Shown here one piece after another: positions 37,189-46,504 of a stretch of 64,000 nt of DNA. The position numbers and the translations under genes are program-made. The DNA comes from Candidatus Binatia bacterium. Lineage in GTDB: Bacteria > Desulfobacterota > Binatia > DP-6. The notes under the pieces were generated by a model, which worked only from the letters and a program-made list of their open reading frames with translations, ran no database searches and was not told the origin of the DNA. The DNA is taken from assembly GCA_046327955.1 (NCBI GenBank), contig JAXLXP010000007.1, positions 56,029-120,028 on the forward strand, written 5' to 3'. Numbering within the stretch: position 1 is the first letter of the stretch; each line of letters opens with the position of its first letter.

Positions 37189-39464
37189 GGGCCATGACCG
37201 CGCGCTTGCTCGCCGCCCTGGTGATCTTGGGCTTCGGCGTCGCCTGCAGTGACCCAACGCACGACCCGCCGCCGCCCGCGATCGGGCCGCTCCCGGGGGC
37301 CGAATCGTTCAGCTCGAAACTGCAGGCCGAGCTCGCCGCCGCCCTCGCCGCGAAGGGAGCCGCCTATCACCCCCACACGCGCCACCTTCGTCCCGACGGC
37401 ACCCCTCGCTACACGAACCGCCTGATCCTCGAGTCGAGCCCGTATCTACTCCAGCACGCCCACAACCCCGTCAACTGGTACCCCTGGGGCGACGAGGCGT
37501 TCGCGCACGCGGCGCGCGAGTCGAAGCCCGTGCTCCTCAGCGTCGGCTACTCGACGTGCCACTGGTGCCACGTGATGGAGGACGAGTCCTTCGAGGACGA
37601 GGAGATCGCGACCTACCTCAACCAGCACTACGTCGCCATCAAGGTCGACCGGGAGGTCCGCCCCGACGTGGATGACGTCTACATGAGTGTCGTGCAGATG
37701 CTGACGGGGAGCGGTGGCTGGCCGATGACGGTCTGGCTGACGCCGGAACGCCAACCCTTCTCCGGTGGCACGTACTTCCCGCCGCGCCAGTTCCTCAGCG
37801 CACTCCAGCAGCTTCGCCAAGCGTTCGATGTCGAGCCCTTCCGCGTCGCCGAGCAGGCGGGCGAGATTACCCGCCGGCTACAGCAGTCGGCGGAACGCCC
37901 CGGCGGCGAGGCGTTGCCCGACGCCACCGTGCTCCGTCGCGCGTTCGACGGCTTCGCCACGACCTTCGACGGGGCGAACGGTGGGTTCGGGCGCGCCCCC
38001 AAGTTCCCGCGCCCACCGGACCTGGAGCTTCTCCTCCGTTACCACCGTCATGTGGCGAGCGCGCGGGCCCTCGACATGGTGACCCTGACGCTCGAGAAGA
38101 TGGCGGCCGGGGGTATCCACGACCACGTCGGCGGTGGCTTTCACCGCTACGCGACCGACGCGACGTGGCAGGTGCCGCACTTCGAGAAGATGCTCTACGA
38201 CAACGCCCAGCTCGCCGCCGTCTACCTCGCCGCCTACCAGGTCACCAAACGCGACGAGTTCGCCGACATGACCCGCGACATACTCGACTACGTCGGCCGG
38301 GAGATGACGGCGCCCGAGGGTGGCTTCTACGCAGCGACCGATGCGGACAGCGAGGGCGCAGAAGGGAAGTTCTTCGTCTGGACCCCGGCCGAGGTCCGCG
38401 CCGCGCTCGACGGCCCGCACGCCGACGTCGTCCTCGCCGACTATGGCGTCACCGACAAGGGGGACTTCCACGGCAAGAACATCCTCCACGTCACGGCACC
38501 GCTTCCCGAAGTGGCGTCGAAGCTCGGGCTCGAGCCTACCCGGCTCCGCCAGCTTCTCGACGAAGCGCGCGCGGAGCTCTACGCCGTCCGCGCACGGCGC
38601 GTGGCGCCCCACAAGGACACGAATATCCTCGCCGCCTGGAACGGCCTCATGATCTCGGCCTTCGCCCGCGCCGGCTCGGTCCTGGGGAATCCCGGCTACA
38701 TCGGGCGGGCGACCGCGGCGGCACGGTTCGCCCTCGAGCGGATGCGGGCCGACGGCCGCTTGCGACGGAGCTTCGCCGGGGGCACGGCACACGAGGAAGC
38801 GTTCCTCGACGACTATGCCTTCGTGGCTGCCGGACTCCTCGACCTCTACGAGGCGACCTTCGAGCTACGCTGGCTGCGCGAAGCCATCGCACTCCAGGAC
38901 GTCCTCGTGCGCGACTTCTCGGATGCAGACAAGGGCGGATTCTTCCTGACCGGGGCGCGCCGGGAAGTGACGCTCAGCCGGCAGAAGCCGTACTACGATG
39001 GGGCCACCCCGTCCGGGAACGCCGTTGCCGCGCTGAACATGCTCAGACTCGCCGAGTTCACCGCCGACGACCGGTGGCGTGGCCGGGCCGAGGCGACGCT
39101 CCGCACCTTTGCCCTCATCCTTCAGCGCACGCCAGGGGCGGCGCCCGCGCTCCTCGCGGCCCTCGACTTCCGCCTCGACCGGCCGAAGGAGATTGTGATC
39201 ATCAGCCCCGCCGGCCAGACCGACGGCAGTCGCCCCCTGCTCAACACCGTGCACGCTGCCTACGTGCCAAATCACGTCCTTACGGTCACGACCGAGGGGG
39301 AGGAGCAGGCCCGCCAGCGCAGCCTCATCCCCTTGGTGGCCGAGAAGCTGGCGCTCCACGGAACGGCGACGGCCTATGTCTGCGAGCAGAAGGTCTGCTC
39401 GCTTCCGACCTCGGATCCTGCCGTGCTCGCCGCTCAGCTGGCGAAGGTCCATCCACTCGAGTAG
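37185..39464 (+). CDS. Thioredoxin-domain (DUF255, YyaL-like) protein fused to a six-hairpin glycosidase-like domain; lipoprotein
   Basis: [80 protein letters not shown]. Lipobox ILGFGVAC. Confidence 0.85.
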   Translation: MRAMTARLLAALVILGFGVACSDPTHDPPPPAIGPLPGAESFSSKLQAELAAALAAKGAAYHPHTRHLRPDGTPRYTNRLILESSPYLLQHAHNPVNWYPWGDEAFAHAARESKPVLLSVGYSTCHWCHVMEDESFEDEEIATYLNQHYVAIKVDREVRPDVDDVYMSVVQMLTGSGGWPMTVWLTPERQPFSGGTYFPPRQFLSALQQLRQAFDVEPFRVAEQAGEITRRLQQSAERPGGEALPDATVLRRAFDGFATTFDGANGGFGRAPKFPRPPDLELLLRYHRHVASARALDMVTLTLEKMAAGGIHDHVGGGFHRYATDATWQVPHFEKMLYDNAQLAAVYLAAYQVTKRDEFADMTRDILDYVGREMTAPEGGFYAATDADSEGAEGKFFVWTPAEVRAALDGPHADVVLADYGVTDKGDFHGKNILHVTAPLPEVASKLGLEPTRLRQLLDEARAELYAVRARRVAPHKDTNILAAWNGLMISAFARAGSVLGNPGYIGRATAAARFALERMRADGRLRRSFAGGTAHEEAFLDDYAFVAAGLLDLYEATFELRWLREAIALQDVLVRDFSDADKGGFFLTGARREVTLSRQKPYYDGATPSGNAVAALNMLRLAEFTADDRWRGRAEATLRTFALILQRTPGAAPALLAALDFRLDRPKEIVIISPAGQTDGSRPLLNTVHAAYVPNHVLTVTTEGEEQARQRSLIPLVAEKLALHGTATAYVCEQKVCSLPTSDPAVLAAQLAKVHPLE

Positions 39465-39521
39465 CGTCTGTTCCTCTCACGCGCATTGCAACGCCTGTCC
39501 GCCTGGGACTAGGAGACAATC

Positions 39522-39563
39522 ATGACGAACAGGCACGACGTCGACAGCTGGCGTTTCCTGTGA
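39522..39563 (+). CDS. 13-codon leader ORF (MTNRHDVDSWRFL) coupled to the downstream GTG start
   Basis: A strong AGGAGA lies 5 nt upstream of the ATG. Its TGA overlaps the GTG at 39560 (cctGTGAacc). Confidence 0.3.
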   Translation: MTNRHDVDSWRFL

Positions 39564-40015
39564 ACCCGACTACCCAACTCGCCGAATCCGCGCCCGCCAT
39601 CGCCGCCGCCATGCGAGCCGAGCAGGTGCACGGCGCGGTACTCACGCCCGTTTGACCGGACTGCTGCCGGTCCGTTGGACTGGTCGCACGCGTGATCGAG
39701 GAGGCGGGGGTGCCAACCGTCGTTTTGAACATGATGCCCGCTTACCAGCCCTCGGTCGGCGCGCCGCGCGTTGCCGCGATCTCATATCCTTTCGGCCGCC
39801 CGTACGGGAACGTCGGCGATGCCGACTTGCAGCGCGCGGTGCTCCGGGCGGCGCTCGGGGTGCTCGAGACGGCGCGCACGCCGGGCGAGGTCGTCCATCT
39901 CCCCTTCCGCTGGCCCGAGGACCCGAAGGCAACAAACTGGGCGCCCGACAAGCCCTCGCCGATCACGGCGATGATGCTGAAGGCTCGGCGGTGCCCCTGG
40001 CGCATGCGGTCCTGA
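39560..40015 (+). CDS. Candidate selenoprotein: GrdB C-terminal-domain-like small protein with in-frame UGA (39653-39655) in a U-P-D-C redox motif
   Basis: Read through the TGA: VNPTTQLAESAPAIAAAMRAEQVHGAVLTPV-U-PDCCRSVGLVARVIEEAGVPTVVLNMMPAYQPSVGAPRVAAISYPFGRPYGN... This follows the glycine reductase protein B pattern around its Sec (U-x-x-C...E-x-AGIP-V...VGA-x-R...P-x-G-x-P). A hairpin lies 11 nt after the UGA. A paralogue is at 63642+. Confidence 0.55.
39667..39683 (+). promoter_or_regulatory. SECIS-like hairpin (7-bp stem CCGGTCC/GGACTGG, loop GTT)
   Basis: Starts exactly 11 nt after the TGA. A G and U are in the apical loop. The same architecture occurs in the paralogue. Confidence 0.45.
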
Positions 40016-40147
40016 ACCCGTTTCCCGGTCGCCGCGGGGACCCGGCGCGCACCATGCCGATCGTGGTGGGCGCCCTGGGTAGGCGCCAGTCGAAGCAGCG
40101 CAGCCTCCATTTGTTGTCTCCGTTGGCGAAATGTTGCCGGGCCAGCT

Positions 40148-41788
40148 ATGCCGCCCTCTGTCGTGGACCCTTCGCCACCGACCGGGCCTCCCAAGCCGGT
40201 CTCTCTCGAGGATGACGACGCGACGCCGCAGGTCGTGAGTGGCGAGATCCGCGATTTTCTCCGCGCTCACGAGCAACGGCGGCGGCAACTCCCTCGGGCC
40301 ATTCTCATCGGGATCCTCAGTGGCCTTACCGCGGTCGCGTTCAGTCGCACGTTGGCAGCCGCTGATCTACTTCGGACGGGGCTCATCGAGTATGCGCACG
40401 GATGTCCAGGCTGGGGCGTAATTGTTCCCGCCCTCCTAGGCGCGCTCGGGGCAGCCATCGCCGTGTCCCTCGTTCGGCAGGTCGCCCCGGAGGCCTCGGG
40501 GAGCGGCATCCCGCACCTTAAGGCGGTTGTCCATCACCTGCGGACGATGCGTTGGGGCCGCGTTCTCGGCGTCAAGTTCGTCGGTGGTGTAGTCGGTATC
40601 GGCGGCGGGTTAACGCTCGGGCGGGAGGGGCCGACCATTCAGATGGGGGGCGCCATCGGCCAGATGGTGAGCGGCTGGTTCACGTGCTCTCCTCGGGAAC
40701 GCCAGACGCTGATCACGGCTGGCGCGGGCGCGGGCCTCGCGGCGGCATTCAATGCGCCGCTGGCTGGCCTCGTCTTCGTCCTCGAAGAGGTCCAACGGGA
40801 TTTCGCTCCGACGGTGTTCACGGCGACCTTGATCGCGGCGGCGACAGCGGACGTCGTCACTCGACTTCTCACCGGACAACTGCCCGTCTTCCATGTCGAG
40901 ACTCACGCGATTCCTCCCCTCCTCGCGCTCCCGGTCTCGTTGCTGCTTGGCCTCGCCGCGGGCGTGCTCGGTGTGGCGTTCAATCGCTCGCTCGTCGGCA
41001 CACTGGACCTCTTCCAACGAATCCGGCGGTGGCCCCCGTGGGTGACCGGCGCGCTAGTAGGAATCGCCGTTGGCGCCGTGGGATGGTTTGTCCCCGAAGC
41101 GCTCGGGGGAGGGCACCGCCTCGTCGAGAGGACCCTCGCGGGGCAACTGCCATTGCGCGCCCTGGTGGGATTCTTCGGGCTCCGCTTCTGTCTCACGATG
41201 GTGAGCTACGGCAGCGGCGCTCCAGGGGGGATATTCGCGCCCCTCCTCGTACTCGGCTCTGAGCTGGGTCTCGGCCTAGGTCTGCTGTCCCAGTGGGTCC
41301 TGCCTGGCACAGTCGAGCACCCCGAGACGTTCGCGGTCGTTGGCATGGCGGCGTACTTCACTGCCATCGTTCGCGCACCGCTGACGGGAATTGTCCTCAT
41401 GGTCGAGATGACCGGGGATTATTCTCTCATCCTTCCGCTGCTGGTCGCGTGCCTGAGCGCATACGGCGTGGCGGACCTTCTCAGAGACCGGCCCGTCTAT
41501 GAGGCACTGCTAGAGAGAGACCTCTTGCGGGGCCACGAGGGCCCAGCGTTGCCGGGAACGTTGCTTCTGGAACTGACCGTCGCGCCGGGAGCACCGTTTG
41601 AGGGGAAGTGCGTCAGGGATCTTGGACTGCCCGCCGGCTGCATCCTCATCACCCTCCACCGGCATCTCCGCGAAGAGGTTCCGACGGCGGCCTCACTGAT
41701 CCAGGCCGGTGACCGCATCACGGCCGTGGTCAGCCCCGAAGCTGTCAGCGCCGTGGCGCTTCTCCGGCATGGGACTACCGGGTCCTGA
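40148..41788 (+). CDS. ClC-family chloride channel / H+-Cl- antiporter with C-terminal TrkA-C (RCK_C) domain
   Basis: GSGIPHLK, GREGPTIQMG and GAPGGIFAPLL selectivity motifs. The C-terminal segment ...AGDRITAVVSPEAV is a TrkA_C pattern. Confidence 0.9.
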   Translation: MPPSVVDPSPPTGPPKPVSLEDDDATPQVVSGEIRDFLRAHEQRRRQLPRAILIGILSGLTAVAFSRTLAAADLLRTGLIEYAHGCPGWGVIVPALLGALGAAIAVSLVRQVAPEASGSGIPHLKAVVHHLRTMRWGRVLGVKFVGGVVGIGGGLTLGREGPTIQMGGAIGQMVSGWFTCSPRERQTLITAGAGAGLAAAFNAPLAGLVFVLEEVQRDFAPTVFTATLIAAATADVVTRLLTGQLPVFHVETHAIPPLLALPVSLLLGLAAGVLGVAFNRSLVGTLDLFQRIRRWPPWVTGALVGIAVGAVGWFVPEALGGGHRLVERTLAGQLPLRALVGFFGLRFCLTMVSYGSGAPGGIFAPLLVLGSELGLGLGLLSQWVLPGTVEHPETFAVVGMAAYFTAIVRAPLTGIVLMVEMTGDYSLILPLLVACLSAYGVADLLRDRPVYEALLERDLLRGHEGPALPGTLLLELTVAPGAPFEGKCVRDLGLPAGCILITLHRHLREEVPTAASLIQAGDRITAVVSPEAVSAVALLRHGTTGS

Positions 41789-41992
41789 TACTTGGTTGGC
41801 GAACGCGGGAACGCGCTCCGCAGGGGCGGGAGGGCCGAGGTGGTCGTCGCCATACGAGATCGCCTCAGACAGGTCGCTCACCGGTCCGAATCGAGCGGGT
41901 CTCGCGCCACGGTCGGCTGCGTCGCAGCGGTCCACGTCATCTACCTGAGCTACGCGCTCCGCATGTGGGTCGGGCCGTAGAAGCCCGCCCCA

Positions 41993-42820
41993 TCAGCCCG
42001 GCTTGACGAACTTCAGCACGAAGCGGTCGCTCGTCCCCCGCCGGTCGCCCGCCGCCGATGGTGCATCGTTCCAGTCGCGCGGATCCGCCGGATTGCGCAG
42101 GAAGCCCGCCTGGGCGACGAGCCGGAAGCCCGCGGCTTCGATCTCCTCTCGCACGACCCGTTCTTCGATGCGGTGGAGCGTCTTCACTTCGTTCGTCCCC
42201 GAGCCCGGGCGGCCGCTGTGATCGATGATCCCGTAGATGCCGCCGGGCCGGAGTGCCCGAAAGACGGCGCCGTTCATCCGCGTTCGATCGACGCCCATCC
42301 ACACGGTGTCGTGATAGAAGAGCACGATGAGCACCATGTCGAGACTGCGCGCCTCCGGGGGCAGCGGATCGTCGAACTCCCTGTCGATGCGCACGACGTA
42401 CTGCATGACGGACTTGGCAAGCCGCGCGCTCCACGGGCGCTCCGCGAAGCGCTCCAGGATGAACCGCGAATTCTGTCCGTAGACGACCCCGATAGGACCG
42501 ACGACGCGAGCCAGGAGCTCCGTCGTGTAGCCGCCTCCTGCGCCCAGGTCCGCCACCCGCATGCCGGGCGCCACACCGAAGAAGGCGAGCATCTCCCCCG
42601 GGCGCCGGCCGCGGTCAAGCGCGCGGTCCTCATCCGTCCGATCCAGAGCGTCGACAGCCGCACCGATGGAGGGCGGAACCGGGACGGCGGCGACCGCAGA
42701 CCGGGCGTTCACCGCACCCGTCGTCGGGCCCGACGTCCTGTTGCAGGCGGGAACCAACAGGGCGGCGCCGGCCAAGAGCAATCCCGGGAGAGCCATCGAG
42801 TCGTGCACGCCGCGCCTCAC
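41993..42820 (-). CDS. Exported class I SAM-dependent methyltransferase (lipoprotein signal)
   Basis: LLVPAC lipobox and the SAM motif VADLGAGGGYTTELLA. GTGA overlap with the upstream gene. An alternative ATG is at 42796. Confidence 0.8.
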   Translation of the reverse strand: MRRGVHDSMALPGLLLAGAALLVPACNRTSGPTTGAVNARSAVAAVPVPPSIGAAVDALDRTDEDRALDRGRRPGEMLAFFGVAPGMRVADLGAGGGYTTELLARVVGPIGVVYGQNSRFILERFAERPWSARLAKSVMQYVVRIDREFDDPLPPEARSLDMVLIVLFYHDTVWMGVDRTRMNGAVFRALRPGGIYGIIDHSGRPGSGTNEVKTLHRIEERVVREEIEAAGFRLVAQAGFLRNPADPRDWNDAPSAAGDRRGTSDRFVLKFVKPG

Positions 42821-43182
42821 GTGCGACCGCCCAGGACGTAGCGGATGACGTCGACGTAGTCGATGACGAGCGACAGCGAATTCGTGGCGAGTAGCACCGT
42901 GACCCAGGTACTGAAGGCGCTACCCGGCTCGAGGCGCGGGCGCTGGCGTACCAGATAGATGACGAGCGGCGTCCAGAAGACCACGTGGGCCAGCCCGAGG
43001 AGCCGATTGAAGCCGTTCAACGTGAGCAGGACCGACATGAAGATCGCCGCGCCGCCGAAGGCGGCGAGCGCCCAGCGGGCCTGGACTTGGCGGAGAAACA
43101 GAATGGCGGCGAGGTTGACCAACCCCAGCCACGCGATCCACGCCTGCAGCCAGAGCGGGTACCTCAGGATGTGTTCGAGCAT
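42817..43182 (-). CDS. Small integral membrane protein (4 predicted TM)
   Basis: 121-aa hydrophobic ORF, translationally coupled to the methyltransferase. Confidence 0.6.
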   Translation of the reverse strand: MLEHILRYPLWLQAWIAWLGLVNLAAILFLRQVQARWALAAFGGAAIFMSVLLTLNGFNRLLGLAHVVFWTPLVIYLVRQRPRLEPGSAFSTWVTVLLATNSLSLVIDYVDVIRYVLGGRT

Positions 43183-43213
43183 GGCGAGGCTCCCTTCGTG
43201 TGTCTCGAGACAG

Positions 43214-43396
43214 TCAGGCGCTCACGACCCGGAGATGCTCGAGCACTTCGCCGAGTCTCCAGACGCGTATACCTACGACTTCCCGGGGATGCTTGGTTCG
43301 GACGTGATCTGCGAGCTGCTGCGTCTCCTCGTCCCCGATGATGTCGGCAGTCGCGACGGTCTGCGCGCAGCACATGCAAGTCGCAGCATAGCTCAT
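43214..43396 (-). CDS. Small Cys-containing protein (DUF1059-like?)
   Basis: ATG at 43396: MSYAATCMCCAQTVATADIIGDEETQQLADHVRTKHPREVV...; weak family resemblance only. Confidence 0.4.
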   Translation of the reverse strand: MSYAATCMCCAQTVATADIIGDEETQQLADHVRTKHPREVVGIRVWRLGEVLEHLRVVSA

Positions 43397-43483
43397 GGAC
43401 GACCTCGCTAACCGTAGTCGCACCAGTACCTCCCGCAGCACGGACGCCGAGAGCGATATTCTGGAAGTCCTTGTGGGCATCCC

Positions 43484-44395
43484 TCACGCGAACTTCCCCA
43501 GGCTCGGCAGCCACGCGACGAACTCCCGCGCAATCGCGTCGGGCACTTCCTCTTGAATGAAGTGGCCGGCTCGACCCACGTCGCGAATCCGCACGCCGGG
43601 CACGTTCGCCTCCAGCCAGCGGATCCGTGCAGGCGTCGTGATCGCCCCCGGCGTGGCCCGTAGCCAGAGGAGTGGAATGCCGAGCGTCGGCAGCCGGCGC
43701 TCGATCTCCGCCAGCACCGCATACGTGGGTTCCGACGGGTCGAGCGGCAGCATGGCCGGCCAGCGTCTGATCGCCTTTCGGGATGCCACCGTCGGGTAGA
43801 ACGCGCGGTACTGCTCGAGCGCTTCGCGGGAGATCGCGCCCGGGGTCGCTGCGGTCGCGGGGAGCACGCGCTCGACAAACAGGTTCAGCATCTGCAACAG
43901 GACGAAGCCCAGTGTCGGAACGCGGAAGGCCCGGAACGCGAGCTGGAACGGCAGCGGGAAGTCCTCCCAGCGCAGCGGCCAGGGGAAGGTCTCCATTGCG
44001 GCGATCCCACGCACGTTGCCGGGCGCTTCGAGCGCATAGTGGAAACCAAGCGGCCCGCCCCAGTCGTGCAGCACCAGCACGAGGTCGCGGAGCGCGAGCG
44101 CCTCGATCACCCCCCGGACGACGGCCGCATGCTCGGCGAACGTGTAGACCACGTCCGGCTTGTCGGAGAGCCCGTGGCCCATGAGATCGATGGCGATCGC
44201 GCGGCCGTGGCGGGCGGCGGCCGGCAGGACGTTCCGCCACAGGAACGACGACGTCGGATTGCCATGCAGGAAGAGGATCGGCCGGCCCTCTCCCGCCTCC
44301 ACGTACTGGATGCGGACACGGGTCAGGTGGTAGCCCGCCAACGCCGACGGCGGCTCGAGATCGAGGAAGCGGCTGAAGAGCAACGCGTCCATCAT
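43484..44395 (-). CDS. Haloalkane dehalogenase-type alpha/beta hydrolase
   Basis: PILFLHGNPTSSFLWRNV and LVLHDWGG are the signature motifs of haloalkane dehalogenases. Confidence 0.85.
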   Translation of the reverse strand: MMDALLFSRFLDLEPPSALAGYHLTRVRIQYVEAGEGRPILFLHGNPTSSFLWRNVLPAAARHGRAIAIDLMGHGLSDKPDVVYTFAEHAAVVRGVIEALALRDLVLVLHDWGGPLGFHYALEAPGNVRGIAAMETFPWPLRWEDFPLPFQLAFRAFRVPTLGFVLLQMLNLFVERVLPATAATPGAISREALEQYRAFYPTVASRKAIRRWPAMLPLDPSEPTYAVLAEIERRLPTLGIPLLWLRATPGAITTPARIRWLEANVPGVRIRDVGRAGHFIQEEVPDAIAREFVAWLPSLGKFA

Positions 44396-44397
44396 CC

Positions 44398-45522
44398 CTA
44401 CCGCGTCCCGACCACGGCGAAGACGGCGACCCCAAGAGCCGCCGCAGCGGGCACGGTCACGACCCAGGCAAGGACCATTCCATGCACGGTCCTCCAGTTG
44501 ATCGCCCCTCGTTCGGCGCCGGCGGCGATGATCGCCCCCGATGACACGTGGGTGGTCGACATCGGCAGTCCGCCGACCGCCCCGGCGGTGACGACCGCCG
44601 CCGTCACGAGGTTAGCCACGAATCCACCGCGATGGTCGAGCCGCGTGACCTTCTCGGCCAGGACGTTGGTCACCCGGCGGCCGCCGACGAGGCTCCCCGC
44701 AACCATGCCGAGCGTGGCCAGCACGAACATCAACGACGGGGCCACGGGCGATCCGCCGGAGAGCGCCGAGGCCGCCAACATGAGCGCGACTATCTTGGGG
44801 GCATCATTCATGCCGCGGGCGAAGCTGGTCGCGCCGCTCGTGAGCCAGTGCACATGGTCGACGGTCAGGCGGAGCGCCGTCGGCCGTTCGGTGGCGCAGG
44901 CGACCTGTGTTCCGATGGTGATTCGGGCCTGCAAGCCCTGCGCAACCAGGGCGGCCGTGTTGGACGCGCCCACCGGCACCAGCGATGGCTCGATCTCGGT
45001 GCAGAGGCAGTCCGCCGGCTCAGCCGCCGGAGACGTCGCAACGGAGGCCACGCGAAGCAGCAGCAGCGTCACGACGAGCGACACGACGGGGCTGAGCAGC
45101 AGCGGCAGGACGACCTTCCCGCCGATAGCGACCCAGTTGATCCCGTGGAAGCCGTAGGCGACCGCGCCGACGCCGGCAATCGCACCGACGATCGCGTGGG
45201 TCGTCGAGACCGGCAGGCCGGAGCGCGTCGCGATCAGCACCCAGGCGGTGGCACCGAGGATGGTCGCGAGCGCGGCTGCAAAGGTCGGCGGGGTTCCGGG
45301 CGCCAGCAGCCCGTTGCCGAAGGTGGACACCATGGCCCACGCCAGACTCCCACCCGTCAGCCCACCGAGGGCCGTGCAGAGTGCGCCCCAGCGGATGGCG
45401 CGGCGATAGTCGCTCACGCCGCTTCCGACCAGGGTTGCGATGCCCTTCGAGACGTCGTTGGCCCCGTTCGCGAGGGCAACGAGGAAGCCTGCAACGACGA
45501 CGATGGAGCCTGCGGAACTCAT
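44398..45522 (-). CDS. PiT-family inorganic phosphate (arsenate-permeable class) transporter
   Basis: ATG at 45522: MSSAGSIVVVAGFLVALANGANDVSKGIATLVG...ARGMNDAPKIVA, the two PHO4 repeats. Confidence 0.9.
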   Translation of the reverse strand: MSSAGSIVVVAGFLVALANGANDVSKGIATLVGSGVSDYRRAIRWGALCTALGGLTGGSLAWAMVSTFGNGLLAPGTPPTFAAALATILGATAWVLIATRSGLPVSTTHAIVGAIAGVGAVAYGFHGINWVAIGGKVVLPLLLSPVVSLVVTLLLLRVASVATSPAAEPADCLCTEIEPSLVPVGASNTAALVAQGLQARITIGTQVACATERPTALRLTVDHVHWLTSGATSFARGMNDAPKIVALMLAASALSGGSPVAPSLMFVLATLGMVAGSLVGGRRVTNVLAEKVTRLDHRGGFVANLVTAAVVTAGAVGGLPMSTTHVSSGAIIAAGAERGAINWRTVHGMVLAWVVTVPAAAALGVAVFAVVGTR

Positions 45523-46504
45523 GGTCCCCCCAGTGCGCCGCCACAGCTCGACCCGGCGCCGGCCGTACACCGAAGCAGTGGCTGGCCGTCGCGACCGGTT
45601 GGCCGGCGAGCCCGTCAATTGAATCGACTCCCCAGATCGTTCGAGCTCCCGTCTGGCGGGTCGCCCCGAGCGGGATGTCGAGCATCTGGTTGAAGTCACA
45701 GTCGTAGAGGCGCCCGTCCCAGCCGACGCTCACCAGCGACCGGCACATGAGCGCCGGCACAGTGGCAGGATTGAAGTGGTTCACGAGCAAGCCCATGTAC
45801 GCGTCGAGCCAACCCTCGCGAGCGAGCGCGTCGGCGAATCGCTTGATCGGCATGTTCGTGATGGTGAGGAGCCGGCGGAACTCGATCCCGAAGCCTCGCC
45901 GTAGTTCCTCTCGATACCGCGCCTCGAGTTCCTGCTGGCACGGCGGAAGGAAGGCGCCCACCGGGTTGTAGACGAGGTCAAGCACGAGGTCGGAGCCCGG
46001 GCGGCCGTATCCGAGCGCGTTCAACCGCTGGAGTGCCTCGATGCTCTTGTCGAACACCCCCCCGCCTCGCTGCTTGTCCACGTTGCCCGCGCTGTAGCAG
46101 GGCAGGCTCGCGACCACCTCGACGGCGTTCTCGGCGAGGAACTCGGCGAGGTCCGCCATGCCCGGTTCGAGGAGCACGGTGAGATTGCAGCGATCGATCA
46201 CGTGCCGGCCAAGCCGCCGCGCCTCCGCCACGAGCCAGTGGAAGTTCGTGTTCAGCTCCGGCGCGCCGCCGGTCACGTCGACGACCTCCACGTCCGGACT
46301 GCCCTCAAGCAGCTCGATGACGCGCGCGGCGACCGGTCGACCCATCATCTCGGTCCGCTTCGGCCCCGCGTCGACGTGGCAGTGATGGCACGCCTGGTTG
46401 CAGCGCTTGCCCACGTTCACCTGCAGGGTGGTGACCCGCTCGCGCGCGAGCGGCGCGAGCCCGTGCTGCGCGAGGGCGCGGTCGAAGTCCGCCGCGGCCG
46501 TCAA
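45519..46504 (-). CDS. arsS: Arsenosugar-biosynthesis radical SAM protein ArsS (radical SAM/Cys-rich domain family), with an apparent 1-nt deletion 17 codons before the stop
   Basis: TTG at 46504 (TTGA overlap with the arsM stop): (M)TAAADFDRALAQHGLAPLARERVTTLQVNVGKRCNQACHHCHVDAGP... The main frame ends ...ATASHCFG. The expected tail CTAGAGSSCGGALGGP-stop lies in the -1 frame and terminates in an ATGA overlap with the PiT start. The span is 986 nt, not a multiple of 3. Confidence 0.8.

Noticed and set aside
45020-45518. The C-terminal 170 codons of the 534-aa track ORF, considered as a genuine extension of ArsS.
   Set aside because: That stretch overlaps the PiT transporter gene in another frame and has no motifs. 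The conserved ArsS tail is found in the -1 frame, ending at 45519.
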